Shown here piece by piece: positions 44,903 through 56,128 of a stretch of DNA of 64,000 nt. Made by a program: the position numbers and the translations under genes. Source of the stretch: Nitrosopumilus sp. (GTDB lineage Archaea; Thermoproteota; Nitrososphaeria; Nitrososphaerales; Nitrosopumilaceae); contig CBDBLO010000002.1 of the NCBI GenBank assembly GCA_965207075.1, forward strand, positions 1,952,001 through 2,016,000, read 5' to 3'. Position 1 is the first letter of the stretch. Every line of letters begins with the position of its first letter. The notes beneath the pieces were generated by a model. That model searched no databases and was not told the origin of the DNA. It saw nothing but the letters and a program-made list of their open reading frames with translations.

Positions 44903-47900
44903 CTACCTGCAGACCTTCGGGGCGGCGAGCGTGGGTGGCACGTCCCGGACGATCACAGTTACGGTGTCGGCATCGGTGGCGCCGTCGTCGTCAGTGACGG
45001 TGAGTGCGAACGTGTAACCGGTGTCGGCCGATACCGAGGGCGCCGTGAAGGTGGGAACCGCAGTGTTGTCGTTCTGGAGGGTTACGCCCTGCGGGGCGGC
45101 CCAGGTGTACGATACAATGGAGCCGTCGGGGTCCGAAGATCCGGATCCGTCAAGCGTCACAGCGTCGTCCTCGTCGACTGTCTGGTCGGGCCCCGCGTCC
45201 GCGGAGGGCGGTGAGTTGGGTGGTGGGGGTGTTGGCGCGGGCATGCGCACCGGCGTGTCCTGAACGGTCACGGTGGCGGTGGCGGTGGCGGATAGCCGGC
45301 CGTCAGACACTGTAAGTGTAAAGTTGTATTGGGTGTCCGCAGAGACTTGGGGAGCCTCAAACGACGGGGTCGCGGTGGCGGCATTTTGTAGGGTTATACC
45401 GGAGGGCGCCGTCCAAGCGTACGTTATGGCATCATTATCAGGATCCGAGGAGTTGGAACCGTCGAGACGCACAGTGTAACCCTCATCCACGGACTGGTCG
45501 GCCCCTGCCTCGGCGGCGGGGGCCCTGTTGACGTGCCGAACCGTTATGGTTACGGTGTCGGTATCGTGCAGCGTGCCGTCAGTGACGTTGAGCGTTATGG
45601 TGTAGGGGGTGTCAGACGCGACATCGGGGGCCGTGAAGGACGGGGTGGCCGAACTGGAGGTCTGCAGGGCAGGTATGGCAGGCGACGACGTCCAAGAGTA
45701 CGTCAGCCCGTCGTTGTCGGGATCCGAGGAGCCGGTGCCGTTGAGGTTCACGGTGGCGCGCTCGTCCACCGCCTGGTCGGCGCCGGCGTTTGCGGCGGGG
45801 GCCCTGTTGACCTCCCTGACGGTGACGGTGACGGTGTCCGTGTCCCACAACTGGCCGTCAGTGACGTTGAGCGTTATGGTGTAGGGGGTGTCAGACGCGA
45901 CATCGGGGGCCGTGAAGGACGGGGTGGCGGTGGTGGCGCCGCTGAGCGCTATGGCCGCAGGAGCCGTCCAGCGGTACGTGAGGGCGTCGCCGTCCGGATC
46001 GGAGGAGGACGAGCCGTTGAGGTTCACGGTGGCGCGCTCCGACGCGGACTGGTCGGCCCCTGCCTCGGCGGCGGGGGCCCTGTTGACGTGCCGAACCGTT
46101 ATGGTTACGGTGTCGGTATCGTGCAGCGTGCCGTCAGTGACGTTGAGCGTTATGGTGTAGGGGGTGTCAGACGCGACATCGGGGGCCGTGAAGGACGGGG
46201 TGGCCGAACTGGAGGTCTGCAGGGCAGGTATGGCAGGCGACGACGTCCAAGAGTACGTCAGCCCGTCGTTGTCGGGATCCGAGGAGCCGGTGCCGTTGAG
46301 GTTCACGGTGGTGCGCTCGTCCACCGCCTGGTCGGCGCCGGCGTTTGCGGCGGGGGCCCTGTTGACCTCCCTGACGGTGACGGTGACGGTGTCCGTGTCC
46401 CACAACTGGCCGTCAGTGACGTTGAGCGTTATGGTGTAGGGGGTGTCAGACGCGACATCGGGGGCCGTGAAGGACGGCGTGGCGGTGGTGGCGCCGCTGA
46501 GCGCTATGGCCGCAGGAGCCGTCCAGCGGTACGTGAGGGCGTCGCCGTCCGGATCGGAGGAGGACGAGCCGTTGAGGTTCACGGTGGCGCGCTCCGACGC
46601 GGACTGGTCGGCCCCTGCCTCGGCGGCGGGGGCCCTGTTGACGTGCCGAACCGTTATGGTTACGGTGTCGGTATCGTGCAGCGTGCCGTCAGTGACGTTG
46701 AGCGTTATGGTGTAGGGGGTGTCAGACGCGACATCGGGGGCCGTGAAGGACGGGGTGGCCGAACTGGAGGTCTGCAGGGCAGGTATGGCAGGCGACGACG
46801 TCCAAGAGTACGTCAGCCCGTCGTTGTCGGGATCCGAGGAGCCGGTGCCGTTGAGGTTCACGGTGGCGCGCTCGTCCACCGCCTGGTCGGCGCCGGCGTT
46901 TGCGGCGGGGGCCCTGTTGACCTCCCTGACGGTGACGGTGACGGTGTCCGTGTCCCACAACTGGCCGTCAGTGACGTTGAGCGTTATGGTGTAGGGGGTG
47001 TCAGACGCGACATCGGGGGCCGTGAAGGACGGCGTGGCGGTGGTGGCGCCGCTGAGCGCTATGGCCGCAGGAGCCGTCCAGCGGTACGTGAGGGCGTCGC
47101 CGTCCGGATCGGAGGAGGACGAGCCGTTGAGGTTCACGGTGGCGCGCTCCGACGCGGACTGGTCGGCCCCTGCCTCGGCGGCGGGGGCCCTGTTGACGTG
47201 CCGAACCGTTATGGTTACGGTGTCGGTATCGTGCAGCGTGCCGTCAGTGACGTTGAGCGTTATGGTGTAGGGGGTGTCAGACGCGACATCGGGGGCCGTG
47301 AAGGACGGGGTGGCCGAACTGGAGGTCTGCAGGGCAGGTATGGCAGGCGACGACGTCCAAGAGTACGTCAGCCCGTCGTTGTCGGGATCCGAGGAGCCGG
47401 TGCCGTTGAGGTTCACGGTGGTGCGCTCGTCCACCGCCTGGTCGGCGCCGGCGTTTGCGGCGGGGGCCCTGTTGACCTCCCTGACGGTGACGGTGACGGT
47501 GTCCGTGTCCCACAACTGGCCGTCAGTGACGTTGAGCGTTATGGTGTAGGGGGTGTCAGACGCGACATCGGGGGCCGTGAAGGACGGCGTGGCGGTGGTG
47601 GCGCCGCTGAGCGCTATGGCCGCAGGAGCCGTCCAGCGGTACGTGAGGGCGTCGCCGTCCGGATCGGAGGAGGACGAGCCGTTGAGGTTCACGGTGGCGC
47701 GCTCCGACGCGGACTGGTCGGCCCCTGCCTCGGCGGCGGGGGCCCTGTTGACGTGCCGAACCGTTATGGTTACGGTGTCGGTATCGTGCAGCGTGCCGTC
47801 AGTGACGTTGAGCGTTATGGTGTAGGGGGTGTCAGACGCGACATCGGGGGCCGTGAAGGACGGGGTGGCCGAACTGGAGGTCTGCAGGGCAGGTATGGCA

Positions 47901-50900
47901 GGCGACGACGTCCAAGAGTACGTCAGCCCGTCGTTGTCGGGATCCGAGGAGCCGGTGCCGTTGAGGTTCACGGTGGCGCGCTCGTCCACCGCCTGGTCGG
48001 CGCCGGCGTTTGCGGCGGGGGCCCTGTTGACCTCCCTGACGGTGACGGTGACGGTGTCCGTGTCCCACAACTGGCCGTCAGTGACGTTGAGCGTTATGGT
48101 GTAGGGGGTGTCAGACGCGACATCGGGGGCCGTGAAGGACGGCGTGGCGGTGGTGGCGCCGCTGAGCGCTATGGCCGCAGGAGCCGTCCAGCGGTACGTG
48201 AGGGCGTCGCCGTCCGGATCGGAGGAGGACGAGCCGTTGAGGTTCACGGTGGCGCGCTCCGACGCGGACTGGTCGGCCCCTGCCTCGGCGGCGGGGGCCC
48301 TGTTGACGTGCCGAACCGTTATGGTTACGGTGTCGGTATCGTGCAGCGTGCCGTCAGTGACGTTGAGCGTTATGGTGTAGGGGGTGTCAGACGCGACATC
48401 GGGGGCCGTGAAGGACGGGGTGGCCGAACTGGAGGTCTGCAGGGCAGGTATGGCAGGCGACGACGTCCAAGAGTACGTCAGCCCGTCGTTGTCGGGATCC
48501 GAGGAGCCGGTGCCGTTGAGGTTCACGGTGGTGCGCTCGTCCACCGCCTGGTCGGCGCCGGCGTTTGCGGCGGGGGCCCTGTTGACCTCCCTGACGGTGA
48601 CGGTGACGGTGTCCGTGTCCCACAACTGGCCGTCAGTGACGTTGAGCGTTATGGTGTAGGGGGTGTCAGACGCGACATCGGGGGCCGTGAAGGACGGCGT
48701 GGCGGTGGTGGCGCCGCTGAGCGCTATGGCCGCAGGAGCCGTCCAGCGGTACGTGAGGGCGTCGCCGTCCGGATCGGAGGAGGACGAGCCGTTGAGGTTC
48801 ACGGTGGCGCGCTCCGACGCGGACTGGTCACGGTGGCGCGCTCCGACGCCGTCAGTGACGAGCGTTATGGTGTGGTCGGGGGGCCTGACGGGGTGGCCGA
48901 ACTCGGCAGGTATGGCGGGATCCGAGGAGTACCGTCGTTGTCGGGATCCGAGTGCCGTTGCCGTTGAGGTTCACGGTGGTGCGCTCGTCCACCGCCTGGT
49001 CGGCGCCGGCGTTTGCGGCGGGTGTAGGGGGTGTCAGACGCGACATCGGGGGCCGTGAAGGACGGGGTGGCCGAACGTGTCCCGCTATGGCCGCAGGAGC
49101 CGTCCAACGGTACGTGAGGGCGTCGCCGTCCGGATCGGAGGAGGACGAGCCCGCGTGAAGGACGGCGTGGCGGTGGTGGCGCCGCTGAGCGCTATGGTGT
49201 AGGGGGGTCAGACCGACATCGGGAGCCGTGAAGGACGGTACGTGATCCGAGGAGCCGGTGCCGTTGAGGTTCACGGTGGTGCGCTCGTCCACCGCCTGGT
49301 CGGCGCCGGCGTTTGCGGCGGGGGCCCTGTTGACCTCCCTGACGGTGACGGTGACGGTGTCCGTGTCCCACAACTGGCCGTCAGTGACGTTGAGCGTTAT
49401 GGTGTAGGGGGTGTCGTGCTCAACGTCACTGAGGAGGACCGAGGAGCCGTCCAGCGGTACGTGAGGGCGGTCGCCGTCCGGATCGGAGGAGGACGAGCCG
49501 TTGAGGTTCACGGTGGCGCGCTCCGCACGTGCCGGACTGCGTCGGTAGGGGGCCGGCGTTTGGCCGCAGCGGGGGCCCTGTTGACCAGCCCCCTGGTTCA
49601 CGGTGGGGGGGTGTCAGAGCGCGACTGTCGGGGGCCGTGAAGGACGGGGTGGCCGAACTGGAGGTCTGCAGGAACCAGGTATGGCAGGCCGTCACGACGT
49701 TGAAGAGTACGTCAGCCCGAACCGTTGTCGGGATCCGAGCGTGGAGCCGGTGCCGGTGGACATCGGGGGCCGTGAAGGACGGGGTGGCCGAACTGGAGGT
49801 CTGCAGGGCAGGTATGGCAGGCGACGACGTCCAAGAGTACGTCAGCCCGTCGTTGTCGGGATCCGAGGAGCCGGTGCCGTTGTCGGTTCACGGTGGTGCG
49901 CTCGATCCGAGGAGCCGGTGCCGTTGAGGTTCACGGTGGTGGTGGCGCGCTCGTCCGTCCGGATCCGCCGTTGAGGTTCACGGGTCGTGCGGACTGGTCG
50001 GCCCTGCCTGCGGCGGGGGGCGCTGTTGACGTGCCGAAGTTATGTTATGCCGTCAGTGACGTTGAGGGTGTAGGGGGTGTCAGACGCGACATCGGGGGCC
50101 GTGAAGGACGGCGTGGATCCGAGGTGGTGGCGACCTCCTGAGCGCTGACCGCAGGAGCCGTCAGCGGTTATGGTGTAGGGCGTCGCCGGGGCCGTGATCC
50201 GGAGCGGTACGTGAGGGCGTCGCCGTCCGGATCGGAGGAGGACGAGCCGTTGAGGTTCACGGTGGCGCGCTCCGACGCGGACTGGTCGGCGCCGGCGTTT
50301 GCAGCGGGGGCCCTGTTGACCTCCCTGACGGTGACGGTGACGGTGTCCGTGTCCCACAACTGGCCGTCAGTGACGTTGAGCGTTATGGTGTAGGGGGTGT
50401 CAGACGCGACATCGGGGGCCGTGAAGGACGGGGTGGCCGAACTGGAGGTCTGCAGGGCAGGTATGGCAGGCGACGACGTCCAAGAGTACGTCAGCCCGTC
50501 GTTGTCGGGATCCGAGGAGCCGGTGCCGTTGAGGTTCACGGTGGTGCGCTCGTCCACCGCCTGGTCGGCGCCGGCGTTTGCGGCGGGGGCCCTGTTGACC
50601 TCCCTGACGGTGACGGTGACGGTGTCCGTGTCCCACAACTGGCCGTCAGTGACGTTGAGCGTTATGGTGTAGGGGGTGTCAGACGCGACATCGGGGGCCG
50701 TGAAGGACGGCGTGGCGGTGGTGGCGCCGCTGAGCGCTATGGCCGCAGGAGCCGTCCAGCGGTACGTGAGGGCGTCGCCGTCCGGATCGGAGGAGGACGA
50801 GCCGTTGAGGTTCACGGTGGCGCGCTCCGACGCGGACTGGTCGGCGCCGGCGTTTGCAGCGGGGGCCCTGTTGACCTCCCTGACGGTGACGGTGACGGTG

Positions 50901-53104
50901 TCCGTGTCCCACAACTGGCCGTCAGTGACGTTGAGCGTTATGGTGTAGGGGGTGTCAGACGCGACATCGGGGGCCGTGAAGGACGGGGTGGCCGAACTGG
51001 AGGTCTGCAGGGCAGGTATGGCAGGCGACGACGTCCAAGAGTACGTCAGCCCGTTGTTGTCGGGATCCGAGGAGCCGGTGCCGTTGAGGTTCACGGTGGT
51101 GCGCTCGTCCACCGCCTGGTCGGCGCCGGCGTTTGCGGCGGGGGCCCTGTTGACAGGCAGGTTCGCGCTCAGAGTTACCTGCCGCGTGAGGGTGGTGAGC
51201 GCACCTATGTCGATGATCCTACCGGTAGACTCTATGCACACGCTGTACGAACTCTGGGCAAGGGCGCTGGGGTTCAGCTTCAGGACGTTGTCCGATATGG
51301 AAAAATCCTCATTGTCGTCACATCCGGTGCCGGTTACGAGGGAGTAATTCGGGTTGTGGCCTGTCAGATAATCGTTCTGGGGCGAGATGAGGGCCGCGAA
51401 CGAGCGGTCCGTTCCCACGTCCGTGGTGTTGAGCTGTATGTACCAGAGCCCCAGGTTCGGGTTGAAGGAGGAGGCGTGGGCGAACATATGGTTCATGTCG
51501 GTCACACCCGACACGTCCCACGCGGAGATGTCTTGGTTGAAGGAGAAGGCGTAGGTGAACATGTAGCTCATGTCGGTCACGCCCGACACGTCCCACGCGG
51601 AGATGCTCTGGTTGAAGGCTAAGGCTTCATAGAACATGCGGTTCATGTCGGTCACGCTGGAGGTGCTCCACGCGGAGAGGTCACCATCAAAGTCCCAGGC
51701 GTCTTCGAACATGCTGCTCATGTTGGTCACGCCCGACACGTCCCACGCGGAGATGCTCTGGTTGAAGACAACGGCGCCGGAGAACATATAGTTCATGTCG
51801 GTCACACCCGACACGTCCCACGCGGAGAGGTCGCCGTCAAAGAGGACGGCGTAGGCGAACATGCTGCTCATGTCGGTCACGCCCGACACGTCCCACGCGG
51901 AGATGTTTTGGTTGAAGACATTGGTTTCATAGAACATGCGGTTCATGTCGGTCACGCTGGAGGTGCTCCACGCGGAGAGGTCGCCGTCAAAGAGGGAGGC
52001 GTCTTCGAACATGCTGCTCATGTTGGTCACGCCCGACACGTCCCACGCGGAGATGTCTTGGTTGAAGGAGGAGGCGTAGGCGAACATGTAGCTCATGTCG
52101 GTCACGCCCGACACGTCCCACGCGGAGATGTCTTGGTTGAAGGAGGAGGCGTGGGCGAACATGTAGCTCATGTCGGTCACGCCCGACACGTCCCACGCGG
52201 AGAGGTTGCCGTCAAAGAGGTGGGCGTAGGCGAACATGCTGCTCATGTCGGTCACGCCCGACACGTCCCACGCGGAGAGGTTGCCGTCAAAGAAGGAGGC
52301 GTAGGCGAACATGTAGCTCATGTCGGTCACGCCCGACACGTCCCACGCGGAGATGTCTTGGTTGAAGGAGGAGGCGTGGGCGAACATGTAGCTCATGTCG
52401 GTCACGCCCGACACGTCCCACGCGGAGAGGTTGCCGTCAAAGAAGAAGGCGTCTTCGAACATGCTGCTCATGTCGGTCACGTCGGAGAGGTCGGGCGAGT
52501 CGGGCGCGTAGAGTCTCATGTTGCTCGCGCCCTTGAACGCGGATGCCATGGACGTCCACGACGCGTTGCCCCACTGGTCGATGCTCCGCAGCTGGGCGGC
52601 GTTTGCAGGGTCGCCACCCAAGTATATCCGGGTAAAGTCGCCGGATATGTTGACCGCATAGTCGCCCGGCTCATCGTATGTGTGCGATATGTCACCGGAC
52701 ACGCTGGAGTTGGTGGTGCCGTCGCCCCAGTCCACAGTGTAGGAGCCAGTGGCGCCATCCACAGGTATCGTTATGGCCTTGTCGGTTTCAGTGGCCGCCC
52801 ACGTGGTGACAAAGTCCGTAGAGTCGGCCCACGCGTACTGGAACATGCCGTGGCCGCGGGCTCCCTGATCCGCGTCCCATTCCCACCAATCTCCGGCGCT
52901 CCACGCGTTCTTCCCACCACCATCATGACAACAGCAGCAGATTAGCAAGCATGCCGCGCACAACCCCAAGTTCGCACACGTGGCGCGACGTGCGGACTTC
53001 GTTCCGTTTGCGTCAGGCGGAACTGTGTGACAGCAGGAACCATGGGCGTGGCATCTATCCGAAGGGTTCACATGCTGTTGCAGTTGCGCGCCCCAATTTA
53101 ACAT
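44903..53104 (-). CDS. Giant surface protein: PKD domain + DUF285 (BspA-like) repeats + tandem PKD/Ig-like repeats; frame broken at ~48830-50200
   Basis: FVTTW...YTVDWGDG; ~13 25-aa [15 protein letters not shown] repeats; many NRAP.A.AGADQ...V.L.G..SSDPD.D.LTY.W repeats in ORFs 50168-53104 and 44903-48802. Start uncertain. Confidence 0.8.
45490..48830. repeat. Near-perfect 555-bp tandem repeat x6 (two PKD domains per unit)
   Basis: Identical blocks recur at 45609, 46164, 46719, 47274, 47829 and 48384. An alternating ERAT/ERTT SNP gives a 1110-bp higher-order period. Confidence 0.95.
51470..52480. repeat. 75-bp tandem repeats encoding DUF285 units
   Basis: Recurring ...tcatgtcggtcacgcccgacacgtcccacgcggaga... 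every 75 nt. Confidence 0.92.
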
Positions 53105-53139
53105 AACCGGCCAAGATGGGAAAAAACCGAGGCCATGCG

Positions 53140-53350
53140 TGAGTGTCCATAGGGGAGCTCGGCATCACGGTCACGGCGGGAAGTTCCGCGGGCAGGCGGT
53201 GATCGACCTGCACTGTCCGTACTTTGGCATTCCGACCGTGACGGACGGGTACGCGCCATACAACGGGTTCGGGGTACGGCGCTGCTGCCGCTGCTGGGCC
53301 CACCTGCTCCGCGACGCGGAGCTGCTTGCCGCCATACATGGCGGCATCGA
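53140..53350 (+). pseudogene. IS66-family transposase fragment
   Basis: FRGQAVIDLHCPYFGIPTVTDGYAPYN......RCWAHLLRDAE, the IS66 DGY..Y / CWAH..R motif. Confidence 0.75.
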
Positions 53351-53359
53351 CCTCGCCCT

Positions 53360-53880
53360 TGGCAGCGGCGCCGTCTTTTGTCATGGGCGTGACGTCCCCC
53401 AGCACAGGTCCCCAAACGCCCCCACCCGCACCCCTGAGCTGGCGCAAGTCAGCATGATGCACCGCAGGCGCAGGTCAGCCGCGTCCATCATCTGCCGCAT
53501 CTCCTGTATGGTGTGCGCGCAGTCACCGCCGCTTGCGGACGCGGGGCATCATCTTTGCGATCTTCTTCTAGGATATTGTATCCTCGGCATCGTTCATCTC
53601 AAAAAAAGTGCTTGAGGGCCGCCATGACCCGGTTTATCGTGGAGCCGGACACCCGGCTTTCGCGCTCCTCCATGTAGTCTATCATGAGCCGCTGCACCCC
53701 CGCCGGGCTGCCGCGCGCCTACGCCAGGAACGCGTCGGGCGCCACTCCGCACGCGTCCAAGAACTGGCACAGCTTGCGCGCGTACCCCACCTTTGTGGCC
53801 TCGCTGTGGAACCCCTTGAGGAGCCGCCGCACGGACTCCGACCCCGTGTCGAGCGCCATAGGCAGCAGCTGCGCATGCAT
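53360..53880 (-). pseudogene. Tyrosine integrase pseudogene (N-terminal half)
   Basis: Reconstructed ...FHSEATKVGYARKLCQF...LMIDYMEE...VSGSTINRVMAALKHFFEMND..IS*KKIAK...TIQEMRQMMDAADLRLRCIMLTCASSGVRVGAFGDLCWGDV. Stops at 53719-53721 and 53568-53570, frameshift in the A7 run at 53601-53607, truncated by the IS66 fragment. Confidence 0.8.
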
Positions 53881-53929
53881 CGCGTATGGTATGCACGCCT
53901 TGAATGCAGGTATTCTACCCTACATGTAG

Positions 53930-54013
53930 CGCAGAGAGAGGGATTTGAACCCCCGCGTGCTTTCGCACACAGGCTCTCAAGGCCCGCGCCCTACCGAACT
54001 AGGCGACCTCTGC
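53930..54013 (-). tRNA. trnS: tRNA-Ser(UGA)
   Basis: GCAGAGG acceptor stem, anticodon arm CGGGC-CTTGAGA-GCCTG, long variable arm, T arm GGGGG-TTCAAAT-CCCTC, discriminator G. Confidence 0.93.
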
Positions 54014-54152
54014 AAGGGGCCGCGCCCCCTTGCGGTTAAAATTTGTTGCACTGCGGCCCATGAAGGGACTGCGCCGTGCCGCAGTACGCGCGTGCGCGTG
54101 CATGCGGCCACGCGTGCACATCAGGTGGAAAAAAAGTCAGAGGAGATATCCT

Positions 54153-54689
54153 CTAATCGTGTGCGTGCGGGTTGACCGAGCTGCCCTGCATCTTGACAAA
54201 GGTCCCGTCTGCCTTCTCGTGGTACTCGAGGTATGACGGCTCTATCAGGATGGCGTGCGTCGGACATGCCTCCTGGCATGCCATGCACTGGGTGCAGTCG
54301 TGCTCCCTGATCGGCTGTGACTTGTCGGAGTAGTCCAGGCGCTCGTCCTGCTCTGTCAGGCCCGTGCCCTCAAAGGTGGCGTCCAGGCAGTCGGCCGCAG
54401 CAATGTCCTGCTCGGTCCGGTACCACTGGAATGTCTGCACGGGACAGACGCTCATGCACGAGCCAGCGGCGACGCACGAGTCCCAGTCGACTGCCACGGT
54501 GGTGCCGTGGATGCCGAGCGGGACCTGCTCCTCGCCGTGCTCCTCGTATGCGGCCTTGACATCGTCGTTGGAGAATGCATCGCCCTCGGTATTACCAGGC
54601 CCCCAGATGAAGTGCTTGTTCTCACCATCTGCGTGGCTGGTCTTGCCGATGACTTCAAGATTCTCTACAAATTTCTCGTCTATTGGCAT
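54153..54689 (-). CDS. Ferredoxin (thaumarchaeal Zn-ferredoxin-like, paralog 2)
   Basis: [27 protein letters not shown]; DCTQCMACQEACP. Confidence 0.9.
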   Translation of the reverse strand: MPIDEKFVENLEVIGKTSHADGENKHFIWGPGNTEGDAFSNDDVKAAYEEHGEEQVPLGIHGTTVAVDWDSCVAAGSCMSVCPVQTFQWYRTEQDIAAADCLDATFEGTGLTEQDERLDYSDKSQPIREHDCTQCMACQEACPTHAILIEPSYLEYHEKADGTFVKMQGSSVNPHAHD

Positions 54690-54751
54690 GATCCCACGTG
54701 CCTGTGATTATTATTTAAATCTAAATAAAATTAGTCGAAACTAAAGGGTTG

Positions 54752-55303
54752 TCAGTCGTGCGAGTGCGGGTTCGGCGTGCCGGCCTCTATCTTTACAAAG
54801 GTCCCGGCCGCCTTTTCGTGCGCCTCCAGGTTCGACTGGTCCACCTTTATGGCCTGGGGCGGGCATACGGATACGCACGCCATGCACCATATGCAGTCGT
54901 GCTCCCTGATGGGGTCGGCCTTGTCGGTAAAGTCGGCCCTCTCGTCCTTGACGGAGCTGCCCGTGCCCTCAAAGTACTGCCCCGGCACGTCCTTGGCGGG
55001 TATGTCCTTTTCCGTGCGGTACCATTGGAAGACCTGGACGGGGCACGCCTCTATGCAGGCGCCGTCTGCCACGCACGAGTCCCAGTCGACTGCCACCATC
55101 GTCCCGCTGACGCCTAGCGGAACCTGCTCCTCGCCGCGCGCCGCGTACGCGGACTTTACGTCCTCGTCGGAGAGTACCTCCGCCGGCGATCCGTCCGCGT
55201 TCTTGTCCTTGCCTGGGCCCCACACAAAGTGGAACTGGCCGTCGGCCGTCTCGATCTTGCCTATGGGCTCCAAGCCCTCGGGAAAGTTTTCTGCTATCGG
55301 CAT
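54752..55303 (-). CDS. Ferredoxin (thaumarchaeal Zn-ferredoxin-like, paralog 1)
   Basis: [20 protein letters not shown]; [17 protein letters not shown]. Confidence 0.9.
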   Translation of the reverse strand: MPIAENFPEGLEPIGKIETADGQFHFVWGPGKDKNADGSPAEVLSDEDVKSAYAARGEEQVPLGVSGTMVAVDWDSCVADGACIEACPVQVFQWYRTEKDIPAKDVPGQYFEGTGSSVKDERADFTDKADPIREHDCIWCMACVSVCPPQAIKVDQSNLEAHEKAAGTFVKIEAGTPNPHSHD

Positions 55304-55447
55304 GACAAGATAAGAGAGACATTGTTATTTAAAGATAAACAGTGCGGGCGCCGGCAGGCGACACCGCCGGGCCGGAACGGGGGTGCCGCGCGGCGCAGGA
55401 TGCGGTACCGGTATCGAATCCCCTAGGTTCATAACGCACCGCCGCCC

Positions 55448-56128
55448 ATGTTTCGCGTGGACATCATAAAGTACGACCTGTACCGGGGGCCCAACGTGGG
55501 CGTGTACGCAGCCGCAAACGACTCGGTCCTGCTCCTGCCAAGCGGGTTCGCGCCCGAAAAGGCCGACAGGCTTGCCGGGCACCTGGGGGTGGAGCGCCGC
55601 GTGAACGCGTCGGTGGCAAACACCAGGCTGCTTGGCACCCTGCTTGTGATGAACAACTCGGGGATCATGCTGCCGAGGACGGCGTTTGAGGACGAGTACG
55701 CCGTGCTCAAGTCGGAGACCGGCCTCAACGTGGGCGTGCTTGACTCCAAGTTCACGGCGCTCGGCAACCTGGTGTGCGCAAACGACAGGGGGGCCATAGC
55801 GTCCCCATGGCTCTCAAGGGGGGAGTGCGGCGCCATATCGGACATACTGGGGGTGGAGGTCATGCAGGGCAGGATAGCCGGCATGTACCAGACGGGATCC
55901 GTAATGGCCGCGAACAACGCGGGCGCTGCGGTCCACCCGGAGACCGACGAGGAGGAGATGAAGGCGTTTGCAAACCTGCTGGGGGTCCGCGGCATAGAGC
56001 ACGCGTCCATAAACAACGGGATACCCTACGTGGCCTCCGGCATGCTTGCAAACAACAACGCGATAGTGGTCGGATCCCTCACGACGGGGCCCGAGATAAT
56101 GATGCTCACAAGGGCCTTTCTTGGCTGA
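55448..56128 (+). CDS. eif6: Translation initiation factor aIF6
   Basis: PNVGVY..AND, LLG.L.V.N..G, ALGNLV.AND.GA, GS....NN.G..VHP, VG.LTTGPE. Confidence 0.95.
   Translation: MFRVDIIKYDLYRGPNVGVYAAANDSVLLLPSGFAPEKADRLAGHLGVERRVNASVANTRLLGTLLVMNNSGIMLPRTAFEDEYAVLKSETGLNVGVLDSKFTALGNLVCANDRGAIASPWLSRGECGAISDILGVEVMQGRIAGMYQTGSVMAANNAGAAVHPETDEEEMKAFANLLGVRGIEHASINNGIPYVASGMLANNNAIVVGSLTTGPEIMMLTRAFLG

Larger units (their letters stand above)
44773..53946. mobile_element. tRNA-Ser-integrated genomic island (~9.2 kb, decayed)
   Basis: Bounded by 19-bp direct repeats, with an integrase pseudogene next to the tRNA 3' end. Confidence 0.8.

Noticed and set aside
45533-48967. 1144-aa plus-strand ORF
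   Set aside because: It is the antisense shadow of the GC-rich PKD tandem array, with G/V/R-rich composition and no domain signature.
45490-52480. Tandem repeats as a possible CRISPR array or DGR
   Set aside because: The units are 555 and 75 bp, in-frame coding and without unique spacers. No cas or reverse transcriptase gene is present in the window.
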